This document shows, piece after piece, positions 19,686-27,934 of a stretch of 56,443 bases of DNA. Both the position numbers and the translations under genes were made by a program. Under the pieces are notes generated by a model. The model saw only the letters and a program-made list of their open reading frames with translations, was not told the origin of the DNA and did no database searches. This DNA is from a virus (Duplodnaviria; Caudoviricetes), in IMG/VR virus record IMGVR_UViG_3300019884_000083, positions 1-56,443 of that record. One strand, written 5' to 3'. The first letter of the stretch is position 1. Every line of letters begins with the position of its first letter.

Positions 19686-19721
19686 AGAGAGGACCCCATC
19701 GCCACAGTCCGGGTCCTCTCT
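19686..19721 (-). terminator. Intrinsic terminator upstream of the packaging operon
   Basis: AGAGAGGACCC / GGGTCCTCTCT inverted repeat, followed by TTGCGTT on the minus strand. Confidence 0.65.
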
Positions 19722-19762
19722 CGCACTACATGCATTCAGTTGTAGCTAGTGTTTAGCCGGAA

Positions 19763-19897
19763 TTACCGACCCTCACGACGCTGGCGGTCAGCCTCAGCCT
19801 CACGCGCGGCCTCAGCCTCGCGCTCAACCTCAGCCTGGCGCTCTGCCTCAGCAGGATCCACCGAAGACATGTTCGGGTCCATAGGCTCGGACGTCAT
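19763..19897 (-). CDS. Small charged (E/A/R-repeat) protein
   Basis: 44 aa MTSEPMDPNMSSVDPAEAERQAEVEREAEAAREAEADRQRREGR, with GAGGAGGTG RBS. Confidence 0.6.
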   Translation of the reverse strand: MTSEPMDPNMSSVDPAEAERQAEVEREAEAAREAEADRQRREGR

Positions 19898-19918
19898 ACC
19901 TTTGTTCACCTCCTCAAT

Positions 19919-20080
19919 TCATTTCCATACTATATTGTCCCCGGACTTTTTGCGCTTATAATGTCCCGGGTGCAATCTTGTGAAATTTCCGTTACCGTGC
20001 CTGACAATACCGTCCCATTCGAACGGAGCTGTAATCTTCACTCCGCTTAACGGCCCACCAACGGCTTTGCCCTCTATCAT
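19919..20080 (-). CDS. Small hypothetical protein
   Basis: 53 aa MIEGKAVGGPLSGVKITAPFEWDG..., ATGA overlap with the upstream ORF. Confidence 0.5.
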   Translation of the reverse strand: MIEGKAVGGPLSGVKITAPFEWDGIVRHGNGNFTRLHPGHYKRKKSGDNIVWK

Positions 20081-20193
20081 TTCTTGCTCTTTGCGACCTT
20101 AGTCGAAGTCTCCGTGGCCGGACGGGAATGCTTCCGCTTGAACGGGTTCCCGAGTTCCTGCACCACCGCATCGTAAATTGGTGTATCGCTCAT
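20077..20193 (-). CDS. Small hypothetical protein
   Basis: 38 aa MSDTPIYDAVVQELGNPFKRK..., with a purine-rich RBS. Confidence 0.5.
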   Translation of the reverse strand: MSDTPIYDAVVQELGNPFKRKHSRPATETSTKVAKSKK

Positions 20194-20214
20194 TTCCCTT
20201 CCCCTTCCCTGAAA

Positions 20215-20257
20215 AGATGAGCCGGTACCTTCACAGCGCGTGCGTACCGGCTCATCT
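20215..20257 (-). terminator. Intrinsic terminator
   Basis: 14-bp perfect inverted repeat AGATGAGCCGGTAC / GTACCGGCTCATCT, followed by TTTC on the minus strand. Confidence 0.7.
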
Positions 20258-20343
20258 CTCGCGAGTGACGAAGCAACAGACCGCTTTAGGTCACCGGTCG
20301 CATAGCTGCTCCTTCCGTTAAGGAACCTCCCTGCTAAACGGGG

Positions 20344-20370
20344 ACCTTACCGGAAGCTAGAAAATTGGCG
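20344..20370 (-). promoter_or_regulatory. Putative promoter CGCCAATTTT-N11-TAAGGT
   Basis: The same CGCCAATTTT box occurs at 43418-43427, there followed by N10-TAGGAT. Confidence 0.45.
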
Positions 20371-20775
20371 CTAGTCTTGAATCCAAGCCTTTATGTCGCC
20401 CAAAAGTTCGCGCTCCGGAACTGCAACCGTTCTTCCGTATTGTGTCGTACCAACAACATAGCCCACCTTGCTGCTTGATACGTATCCCGGGCAACTATTG
20501 CATCGCTCGCCCATCATGCGGCCGTGATCACATCTCGCTGCAGACTTGAGCAGAGCACGCCACTTCTCCTCCTCGCGAGCATCCCGCTCGCCGGAGTACT
20601 TCGCCACAATGTGCACGTGGTCAGCTCCGTCGGGTATACGACCAGGCTCCGGGGCAAGGGGGAGCGCTCCTATCGAGATTCCCTCGGTCTTGTTAACAAT
20701 CCGGCACTGGCTCAGTCCCATATTGCAAAACACCAGCTTCCATGGCATCATATCGAACTGGAAGCTGGTATTCAC
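20371..20775 (-). CDS. Hypothetical protein with Cys/His motif
   Basis: Probable GTG start overlapping the upstream stop. RCDHGRMMGERCNSCPG. Confidence 0.55.
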   Translation of the reverse strand: MNTSFQFDMMPWKLVFCNMGLSQCRIVNKTEGISIGALPLAPEPGRIPDGADHVHIVAKYSGERDAREEEKWRALLKSAARCDHGRMMGERCNSCPGYVSSSKVGYVVGTTQYGRTVAVPERELLGDIKAWIQD

Positions 20776-20975
20776 AGAGCGGCCTTGCGACGACGTGGGG
20801 TCAGCGACGTAACCAGGAGATTGCCGACGATGAACAGAATCAGCAGCCCCACCAAAGGAAGCGCCTCGGAGTACCCGCCCCAGCGGGATATTCGGTCGCC
20901 AAGCGCCGACAGCAAAACCAGAACGCCCATGATTGGCGCCATTACACCGAAGATTCGAAGCGCAATCTTTTCCAT
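20772..20975 (-). CDS. Small two-TM membrane protein
   Basis: Start MEKIAL with GAGG RBS and two hydrophobic stretches. Confidence 0.6.
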   Translation of the reverse strand: MEKIALRIFGVMAPIMGVLVLLSALGDRISRWGGYSEALPLVGLLILFIVGNLLVTSLTPRRRKAAL

Positions 20976-21151
20976 CGTAAGCCTCCTCTCGAGAACAACA
21001 ATGATCAGATGGTACTCCATGGATCTGGCATTTAGACCTCTTTGTGTGCAGTTTTATCGGATATCCGACTGTTGCTGGAACCGGCCACCGGTTCAAGACA
21101 CATCCGCACGGGGAGCAGAGCAAGCTATCCCGGTGGCCGGTCGGCGCTATT

Positions 21152-21409
21152 CTAGCGCGCCCATTTCCCTTCCCACGTCGACACACCATTCGGAGGCGTT
21201 GGTACCGTCGAAGGATCGTCGCATTGAGAAGCCCAGAGCCCGATCCCGATGGAAATCAGAACCAAAAGGATGATCCTTCCGGGGCTGAACAGTTTGTTTT
21301 TCAACTCTTGGTCCACCTTCTCCACATAAGCCAGAGGCCGCCGATAATTGCCCCTGCCCCGAGTAACGGCAGTACAACTAGTAGAAATATTTCCCATGTC
21401 ATGCTGCAA
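21152..21409 (-). CDS. Small membrane protein (true start probably downstream)
   Basis: TM segment IILLVLISIGIGLWA. Confidence 0.4.
   Translation of the reverse strand: MQHDMGNISTSCTAVTRGRGNYRRPLAYVEKVDQELKNKLFSPGRIILLVLISIGIGLWASQCDDPSTVPTPPNGVSTWEGKWAR
21301..21402 (-). CDS. Single-TM microprotein
   Basis: 33 aa MTWEIFLLVVLPLLGAGAIIGGLWLMWRRWTKS. Confidence 0.5.
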   Translation of the reverse strand: MTWEIFLLVVLPLLGAGAIIGGLWLMWRRWTKS

Positions 21410-21435
21410 CTCTACCCGGTTGTACAGCCCTGCCG

Positions 21436-21816
21436 CTAGTCAACATACCGAAGGAGCCCGAGTTCAATTCCGCGTTCTACAGTAATGCAGAAGCTACCAC
21501 ACTCGCCCGGCTGATCGATCCACCATGTGTCCTCGAGCCCACAGGCGGAAACGACCTCATGCTGACCGATAACTGTTTCTGCATATATTCCACCAAGTAT
21601 TCTGCAGATGTGCAGATCGCAGGCTAGCATCCCGTGAAATTGCTCTGGATTATCGCCGCGACAGCGGACATGCCAGCGAGAAGGTTGATTGCAGTCGTTT
21701 GCAGGATCATCGTCCTTCTCGGGGTTGTAGCCACAACCTGAAGATCCAGAGCGGTCTTTCACGCTCGGGTCTAGCCCGATTTCAGCCTCAACCTCTTCAA
21801 CAGTACGCTCCGTCAT
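21436..21816 (-). CDS. Cys/His-rich hypothetical protein
   Basis: Start MTERTV with GAGG RBS and ATGA overlap. CGY...CNQ...WHVRC...ACDLH...C...C. Confidence 0.6.
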   Translation of the reverse strand: MTERTVEEVEAEIGLDPSVKDRSGSSGCGYNPEKDDDPANDCNQPSRWHVRCRGDNPEQFHGMLACDLHICRILGGIYAETVIGQHEVVSACGLEDTWWIDQPGECGSFCITVERGIELGLLRYVD

Positions 21817-21977
21817 CGTGTCCTCGCCGGACTGGACGGAATCTCTTTCCATTCTGCATTCAGGGGCTGGCTCACCCTGAGATAGCACAGCAGTCCGGCG
21901 AGGACGATGATCACAACGATCCCCACGATGACGCGCTTGCTGACTCGCGGCTTGCCTGACTCAGCTCGATGCACCAT
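21813..21977 (-). CDS. Single-TM microprotein
   Basis: 54 aa containing VIVGIVVIIVLAGLLCYL. Its stop overlaps the next start. Confidence 0.5.
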   Translation of the reverse strand: MVHRAESGKPRVSKRVIVGIVVIIVLAGLLCYLRVSQPLNAEWKEIPSSPARTR

Positions 21978-22368
21978 CTTGCCCCGTCCTGAAAGCTAGA
22001 AGATCTGCTGCCATTTTATCCACAGTATCCCGACGCATCTGGTGGATTGAGTCCCAGGGCAGCTTGCACCGGGTACATCTTCCGTTCACGTTCTCCCCGC
22101 TGCCCCAGTCAACCGCAGCAAACTCAAGGTCTTTCCGTAGCTCGTCCCAGTTGATGTCGCCACAGAAGGTACAGACACCAATCGCTAGCGGCTCTCCACC
22201 TTTCACCCTGAACTTCCAGAAATGCTCGCACTTCGCAGGATCTACTGGCCCCGGTTCGCGCTCCAACATCCCAGCAGTATCACGAATATCACCACTCCGA
22301 GCGCAAACCAGAACCTCAGCCTCAGACTCATTTCCATCTCCCATAGTAAATTCCTCCTGAATCTTCAT
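21961..22368 (-). CDS. Hypothetical protein with CxxC motifs
   Basis: CEHFW...CTFCG...CTRC. Confidence 0.55.
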   Translation of the reverse strand: MKIQEEFTMGDGNESEAEVLVCARSGDIRDTAGMLEREPGPVDPAKCEHFWKFRVKGGEPLAIGVCTFCGDINWDELRKDLEFAAVDWGSGENVNGRCTRCKLPWDSIHQMRRDTVDKMAADLLAFRTGQDGASS

Positions 22369-22460
22369 TTACGCCACCACACCCCAATCATCGCTCCGAG
22401 CAACCAGGCTGAGGTGATACCAAGGCTTATCCAGAATAGGTACTCCAATACCGGGTGCAT
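22365..22460 (-). CDS. Single-TM microprotein
   Basis: 31 aa MHPVLEYLFWISLGITSAWLLGAMIGVWWRK, ATGA overlap with the next gene. Confidence 0.45.
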   Translation of the reverse strand: MHPVLEYLFWISLGITSAWLLGAMIGVWWRK

Positions 22461-22471
22461 GCATAATCAGC

Positions 22472-22594
22472 TCAGACACTAATCGAGCCTACAGAGCGCG
22501 GCTTCCCGGTCCGCTCCTCAGCATCCTTCATCATTCCCCAAGCCACCAGCCCCAGAAGGGCACAGAGAACAAGAATCAATACCGTCCGCATCAT
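22472..22594 (-). CDS. Single-TM microprotein
   Basis: 40 aa MMRTVLILVLCALLGLVAWGMMKD..., ATGA overlap with the upstream gene. Confidence 0.5.
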   Translation of the reverse strand: MMRTVLILVLCALLGLVAWGMMKDAEERTGKPRSVGSISV

Positions 22595-22845
22595 TGCTCA
22601 CCTCGATCCGCAATGAAAGCGCGCGCCAGAACGTCGTATCCCATTTGATCATCGTCATCGGTAAGTGGCTCGAGCCTCCCCTCATTTCCCCACTCGAGGT
22701 GGTATCCCTTTTTGTCCAGCCACTCCAAGAACTCCGAAGCGATGTGTGCAGCAATTTCCGGCTTTACATCCTGGGATATCTTGTCCACAAACTCAAATCT
22801 GATCATCTGAACCCTCCCTTTCTGCTTTAGTTGGCGATTACCCAT
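22591..22845 (-). CDS. Hypothetical protein
   Basis: Operon-packed ORF. Likely start at MIRFEF, downstream of a GGGAGG RBS. Confidence 0.6.
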   Translation of the reverse strand: MGNRQLKQKGRVQMIRFEFVDKISQDVKPEIAAHIASEFLEWLDKKGYHLEWGNEGRLEPLTDDDDQMGYDVLARAFIADRGEQ

Positions 22846-23228
22846 GCACCTACTCGATCGCCGATGGCGGGATTTTGCTTGTCGTCCGTTACATCTGCAC
22901 CATCAACTTTAAGCGAACAGCCGAGGAACTTCACTCCGGTTCCCGCCTTCAGGTAGGCCATCACCTCGAAACGCTCGCCCGACTTAGCGGGGTAGGAACG
23001 CGCGAACGGCGAGACAGTCTCTTTCCCGTGATGCAGCGGGTCTGGTCTCAACGAGGACATTACGATGATCTCGACCATAATCGGTGGCGTGGCCGGGGTC
23101 CAGAGCACTGCCACCGATACAAGTCTTCCCCTCTCACCGGTATCGCCCGGAAAACGGATCACCCCGGCTACGAACAGTACTGCAACGATACCAGCTAGCG
23201 TTACATAGATCTTAATTGTCCTAAGCAC
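22827..23228 (-). CDS. Membrane-anchored MmpS-like beta protein
   Basis: N-terminal TM, then SPFARSY...LGCSLKVDG, resembling the MmpS PW...IxCxIxVDG pattern. Confidence 0.5.
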   Translation of the reverse strand: MLRTIKIYVTLAGIVAVLFVAGVIRFPGDTGERGRLVSVAVLWTPATPPIMVEIIVMSSLRPDPLHHGKETVSPFARSYPAKSGERFEVMAYLKAGTGVKFLGCSLKVDGADVTDDKQNPAIGDRVGAWVIAN

Positions 23229-23261
23229 AGAGTTAGGTTACTGCCTCGTCCTTTGTTGCCG

Positions 23262-23450
23262 CTAACTGTCTCCCGTCCGATATTTGCGCATCGCCGGAGG
23301 AAGGTCATCCAGGATCTGCCTGCACAACGCAGCCATAGCCCTTCCCGCTCCGGGGGTTGGTGAACATCCACAATCCCCACGAGCGATCAAATCTTGCAGT
23401 AGTATCTCTGTAGTCGCGAGCGCTAGACGTGGCTCCTGGCACTGATTCAT
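23262..23450 (-). CDS. Hypothetical protein
   Basis: 62 aa minus-strand ORF filling the gap between genes. Confidence 0.5.
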   Translation of the reverse strand: MNQCQEPRLALATTEILLQDLIARGDCGCSPTPGAGRAMAALCRQILDDLPPAMRKYRTGDS

Positions 23451-23513
23451 CTCATCGTTGGCGCGCTACCGCGCCCCAGTCAATTTCATCGGGTCTTATG
23501 AGCTTGGACTCTT

Positions 23514-24047
23514 TCATTGCACCGCCTTCTTCAGCTCTGCGTCCGCGTCGGCTTGGTTCGCTGTCCGGCGCTCCAAAGTTTCCCTCAGGTCCACTATTGA
23601 TCTCTTAGTGTCCGCTAGCCGCTTCAGGTCTGCCTCCGGAGGCTTGCCGCCCGAGGCTCGTATCCGAGCCAGCGACTCCTCCAGATGTGGCAGGAGGGCC
23701 AGCGTAGCGAAGAGTGCTTGTTCTGTTACGGTAGTCAGCTTCTGATTGACAAGCGAGTGGATAACCTTCCCCTGTTCGTCAATCTTGTCAAGTCTCACAG
23801 CAGTTCTCTCGTCAGCTTCAGCAGCGAGCCTCGCAACCTCATCGGTGCGGACTATGCTCGCCTTCTGCGCCGCTAACAACAAAGCAGCAGCTTCAGCAGC
23901 CTTTGCAGCGACAGCGTCCTGCCGTGCGTAGTCCTGTTCCTTGCCTTGACGAATCTGTCGTGCGTTCATCCAAGTCGTTAACAACGCACCACCCGCGACG
24001 ATTACCGCCGTCAACAGAGTCGTCAGTCCTAGCCATATTGGATCCAT
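23514..24047 (-). CDS. Membrane protein with coiled coil
   Basis: N-terminal TM WLGLTTLLTAVIVAGGALL, Ala-rich helices, IHSLVN motif, GAGGG RBS. Confidence 0.7.
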   Translation of the reverse strand: MDPIWLGLTTLLTAVIVAGGALLTTWMNARQIRQGKEQDYARQDAVAAKAAEAAALLLAAQKASIVRTDEVARLAAEADERTAVRLDKIDEQGKVIHSLVNQKLTTVTEQALFATLALLPHLEESLARIRASGGKPPEADLKRLADTKRSIVDLRETLERRTANQADADAELKKAVQ

Positions 24048-24086
24048 ATCACCCCTCGATGCAAATAGTTCCGTCTGACAGCTGCA

Positions 24087-24326
24087 TCACGGCTCCACCG
24101 TTCCCTTTGCTGTCTTCTTGTCTTTCCACCCATATGGCTTCGGCCGAGGAACAGCATACAGATCTGTCTCCTGAATCGGCGTTGCAGGATCCATCGGATT
24201 CGATGCATACAACTCCATCAACATATCATCATTGCTGACTGCACGATCCTTGCGAACCTCCTCATCCAACAATCCCTCTCCACCACCAAATTCAGTATGT
24301 CCGGCTGGTGCTTTCTTATATGGCAT
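24087..24326 (-). CDS. Hypothetical protein
   Basis: Probable start MPYKKAP with GGAG RBS, first gene after the origin-like region. Confidence 0.55.
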   Translation of the reverse strand: MPYKKAPAGHTEFGGGEGLLDEEVRKDRAVSNDDMLMELYASNPMDPATPIQETDLYAVPRPKPYGWKDKKTAKGTVEP

Positions 24327-24407
24327 AACTGCAGATCTCCATCCGTTGTTGTTCACTTCAAAAACTGCAATTCTGATGTACAATTTCTCATGTGCAATTT
24401 AGCAAGA

Positions 24408-24690
24408 TCGCGTAACCGGGTTCATGAAACTTAGTAGGTACCTATACGGAACGCGTCGCGTAAGTTACGTCAGTTACGTATGCATACGCTTCTACCAGGT
24501 ATTTCTTATTTCTCTTTCTATACTCTTACTAATATTTACTCTAACCTAGTTACGTATACCTTAATATATGTTTCTACCTGCAGAAACAGCGTAACTGGGT
24601 CGCCATTTCAACGCAGCGACGTCCGAGTTGCGACCCAGTTACACCCAGTTACACCAATTAACAGCCGTACCTGGGTCGCGTAACCGGGTT
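24408..24690. repeat. Probable replication origin (iterons plus AT-rich tract)
   Basis: 15-bp direct repeat TCGCGTAACCGGGTT at 24408 and 24676. 13-bp inverted repeat GTAACTGGGTCGC/GCGACCCAGTTAC at 24591/24630. Tandem ACCCAGTTAC x2, several AGTTAC copies, AT-rich core ~24500-24575. Directly downstream of the primase-helicase. Confidence 0.7.
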
Positions 24691-27142
24691 AGGACCCGCT
24701 AAAAATGCGCTCGTATTCAGAATTTATCCGCAATCCGCGACGCACCCAAGTTGGCTTTCCGTCGACTCTTTTCTGCACTTTCGCAAGTCCTCTGCCAGTC
24801 AGGAATGTACCAAATTTGGTGTCGGATTCAACACGAACACCCTTTGTGTTGGCCCAGTGTTTGTACACTTGATAGAGCTGTGAAGGAGTACACCAGGCAT
24901 TCTCTTCCACAACTGCAATATCCCACAAAGCCCGGTCGAAGTCCGACAGTTCGTTCAGGAACCTCTCTCTTGCCGTGAGGGCTCCTGCCGGTATGCTCAG
25001 GTCCGGATTATCCGCAAACGCGGTCCAGCCGTCGAGCGCCCAGGAGAGCACCGCCTTGCGGTTGTCTCCATTCATCAGCCGGTCCCGGAGCGAGCTATCT
25101 TCCTTCGCCTCGGGCATTACCACATCCCAAGGCACCACAACCAAACGCCGCAATACCGCAGCATCCGCACCCTCTATAGTGGGCGGGTTGTTGACGAAGA
25201 TCCATGGCGTGAACGCGGGCACGATCTCCACAAACTCATTCGAGCGCATCCCCCTCGCCTTCATCGGAGCCCCACCAGTGATCCGCTTTACCTGGTCACC
25301 ATGTAAGTGCCAGGCGGCACTGGTCTCCTCGCTCATGACGATCCGTTTCCGGAGCGCGCCCATAATGTCGGGGCGAGGCTTATCATCTTGGTTGTCGCGG
25401 TAGATAGTCATGTTGACGATCCCCGCGTAGTCGCCCAACGATGCTCGTAGAGCCTCCATGAACGTCGTCTTACCGGTCGAGGACACCCCTAGATTGGCCA
25501 CGAACAGCCTTTTATGGTTGGACCCATACAGGGAGTACCCCACGAGCCGCTGCAGCCAGGAGCGCACCTCCTCGTCTGGCTGCATCTTATTCAGGAACCG
25601 GGTCCACTCGCGGGTCCGGAACCCCTCCACGTACTCCGCCCCTAGACGCATAGTTACCCGATGCTCCGGTAAGGCCGGAGTTACCGCCACACCCGGGTTC
25701 GGCTTAAGCACTACCCGCCCTAGGCGCGCGGGGTCAGCGTCGAAGGCCGATAGGGATTCCGTCATACCGGACAAGTCTTTACAGACATCCACCATTGCGC
25801 GGAGCTTACCTACATTCTCGCTCGCGCGGGCGAACTTCTTAAGCTCTGCAAACTCTTTAGGATCTTCCTCGGCTAGGAATTCAGCCTCCTCGGCTACTGC
25901 GCGGGCTACAGCTATCGCACGCCGGTTAACCGTTCCGTTCCGGTCAGTAGTCCAGCGGCCCTCTTCAGGATTCCATATATACCAACCAACCCCGTCAACG
26001 TACAGCTGCTCGCCTAGGTGCGCCATAGCCATTCTCTCAGCATTTCCGGCGTCAGTCCTTGCGTAGCTGAGGTGGGTACTTCCCGTACGGGAACGCTCAG
26101 CGCTACTGCTGGATTCATTCAGCAGTGAACAAAGATCCGCAGTATCGGGTTCGCCCTCAGCAGCAACCTTCTGCACGCCCCGGACGACAACCCTGGCCCA
26201 TTCCTCAGCAGCCAGACGTTCGCTACTCCGGCGCGCTACAGCCTTGACAAAGACCTTGCGGAGCTTCGCGAGCGCCTTCTCCACCCCGGAGTGTCCGGCG
26301 TGGGCATCCCCAATAACTGCCCAGGCTCCGTTCCGGCCTTCGTCGTGTGTACCCCCATCGTCACTGGCCTGTCGTATCTGGCGCTCGTACTTGGCTAGCG
26401 TTGCGCGCATGGTAGCGCACATGGCCGGGCCGTTCCGGTCGCTGAGCCAGAGCCTGACGTCGTCCGGGTCTAAGTCGGCTGCCGTGCGCTCCTCCCAGCG
26501 CTTCCCGGAGGTAAGCCCCTCCACCCAGCTAGCGGGCAGTTCGGGCAGCTGATCGACGTCCGGGAACTCATCCGGGGAAAGAAGCCCCTCCGCGCAGCCG
26601 ACATCCTCGGTCGCCTCGGCGAGGGAGGCATCTTCCACGTACCAGCCATAGGTCTCGCCGGTCTTGTCGTGGATGGAAGGGCTAACGATTGCATAACGAT
26701 GGTCCCAGCGGATAAGCTCCACGCCGCCCCCTTGCGGGAGCTTGCCGGGCCAGGCGAGCCCTGCGGGTATTTTGTAGAGGCGAATGCCTGAACCGTCTGT
26801 ACGCGAAGAGGTGTACCAGGTGGGCGGAAGCGGACCCCAACTTTCTTTGGCCTTATCGAAGGTAGTCCGTCCGGCCTTGCCCTCATACATATCAACATCT
26901 ATCCCGAGCACAACCGGGGGTAGCCGGAGCCCGATGTTACCGTTGGCAGCGACCCAGGATAGCTTGCCCGCGCTAGCCGAGACCCCTTTCAACCAGCGGC
27001 GTAGCGTTAGCTCATCGACATCCTTGCCATTCGCTCCTGTGTAACCATCGACCGGAGGAAACTTGCTCTTCGCCGGGAACGGGACCGGCGACCAACCAGC
27101 TTCTAGGTAGGATTGCGCAGCGAGCGAATAAGGCCCAGTCAC
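24689..27142 (-). CDS. Bifunctional primase-polymerase / SF3 (D5-like) helicase
   Basis: N-terminal Prim-Pol motifs YLEAGWSPVP, NIGLRL...GIDVD. C-terminal TDAGNAER, Walker A GVSSTGKTT, VKRITGG and DAAVLRRLVVVPW. Confidence 0.92.
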   Translation of the reverse strand: MTGPYSLAAQSYLEAGWSPVPFPAKSKFPPVDGYTGANGKDVDELTLRRWLKGVSASAGKLSWVAANGNIGLRLPPVVLGIDVDMYEGKAGRTTFDKAKESWGPLPPTWYTSSRTDGSGIRLYKIPAGLAWPGKLPQGGGVELIRWDHRYAIVSPSIHDKTGETYGWYVEDASLAEATEDVGCAEGLLSPDEFPDVDQLPELPASWVEGLTSGKRWEERTAADLDPDDVRLWLSDRNGPAMCATMRATLAKYERQIRQASDDGGTHDEGRNGAWAVIGDAHAGHSGVEKALAKLRKVFVKAVARRSSERLAAEEWARVVVRGVQKVAAEGEPDTADLCSLLNESSSSAERSRTGSTHLSYARTDAGNAERMAMAHLGEQLYVDGVGWYIWNPEEGRWTTDRNGTVNRRAIAVARAVAEEAEFLAEEDPKEFAELKKFARASENVGKLRAMVDVCKDLSGMTESLSAFDADPARLGRVVLKPNPGVAVTPALPEHRVTMRLGAEYVEGFRTREWTRFLNKMQPDEEVRSWLQRLVGYSLYGSNHKRLFVANLGVSSTGKTTFMEALRASLGDYAGIVNMTIYRDNQDDKPRPDIMGALRKRIVMSEETSAAWHLHGDQVKRITGGAPMKARGMRSNEFVEIVPAFTPWIFVNNPPTIEGADAAVLRRLVVVPWDVVMPEAKEDSSLRDRLMNGDNRKAVLSWALDGWTAFADNPDLSIPAGALTARERFLNELSDFDRALWDIAVVEENAWCTPSQLYQVYKHWANTKGVRVESDTKFGTFLTGRGLAKVQKRVDGKPTWVRRGLRINSEYERIFSGS

Positions 27143-27294
27143 GCCTCTGCCTTCGACGCGTAACCGGCCTCAATCAACTCGCGCACGACGTCAGCCTCTT
27201 TAATACCAGGACGTATCTTCTCCCTGATCCACTTCTTGATATTTGGGTCCACCTGTGTTTGTACTTTTGGGCCTATTGGGCGACGCGGCATCAT
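27139..27294 (-). CDS. Small DNA-binding protein (ribbon-helix-helix-like)
   Basis: MMPRRPIGPKVQTQVDPNIKKWI...EADVVRELIEAG, a beta-alpha-alpha pattern. Overlaps the primase start. Confidence 0.6.
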   Translation of the reverse strand: MMPRRPIGPKVQTQVDPNIKKWIREKIRPGIKEADVVRELIEAGYASKAEA

Positions 27295-27323
27295 TAGCTC
27301 CATTCCGATCGAATTAAAGAATC

Positions 27324-27920
27324 CTACTCTCCGGCCTCTTTGAGCCCGTGCGCCTTGAGGTTCTTGAAGAAAGTAAGCGTATGCTTCAGTGCCGCGCGTG
27401 CATCTTTCTTTCCAACGGTAGGTCCATATAGGCCCCAACGCTTTAGCCGTTCGTCGTCAACCGTCGAGAAGGCTAGGGAGGCGGATTGCTTTGGAAGCAA
27501 AAGGGATGACCGGCCGGTTACGTACATACGATCCTCGAAACGCGAAGTAACGCGGACCGGCGCGAGGAGTTCCCGGCCCATGGTGAACTTGCGTAGGATG
27601 AAGTCCTCAAGCCCAATGCCGTCAAGGTTTCCGTCCCAGGCATCAGCCAGTTCAGCCATCTGGTCGATGACTTGATCTTCGGAGCCTAGGAACTCGCCGG
27701 TGGACCAGGCCACGATATTGTTGAGGACTCTGTACTTTTCGGACGCAAGCGCCACCCGCCACACGGACATCAGGGCCCATCCGGTAGTCATCCCGGGATC
27801 AAACCAAAGCGCCGTATAAACTCCGGCGCGGTCAACGTCGAAGTCTTCCGGAGAGACCGGAGCCGGTCTGCCCATTTGGACTTTGACCGGCTCCACCCAG
27901 GAATCAAATTCATCTAACAT
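27324..27920 (-). CDS. RuvC-like Holliday junction resolvase
   Basis: LWFDPGMTTGWA, IGLEDFILR and DARAALKH acidic RNase H-fold motifs. Confidence 0.75.
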   Translation of the reverse strand: MLDEFDSWVEPVKVQMGRPAPVSPEDFDVDRAGVYTALWFDPGMTTGWALMSVWRVALASEKYRVLNNIVAWSTGEFLGSEDQVIDQMAELADAWDGNLDGIGLEDFILRKFTMGRELLAPVRVTSRFEDRMYVTGRSSLLLPKQSASLAFSTVDDERLKRWGLYGPTVGKKDARAALKHTLTFFKNLKAHGLKEAGE

Positions 27921-27934
27921 GGCGCATACCCATT

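Noticed and set aside
20371-21189. 272-aa ORF as called in the track
   Set aside because: Its 5' half overlaps better-supported small membrane genes. The real start is probably the GTG at 20775.
23131-23138. CTCTCAC matches at 23131 and 50585 as additional hairpin copies
   Set aside because: Imperfect loop and little or no stem. The first lies mid-gene.
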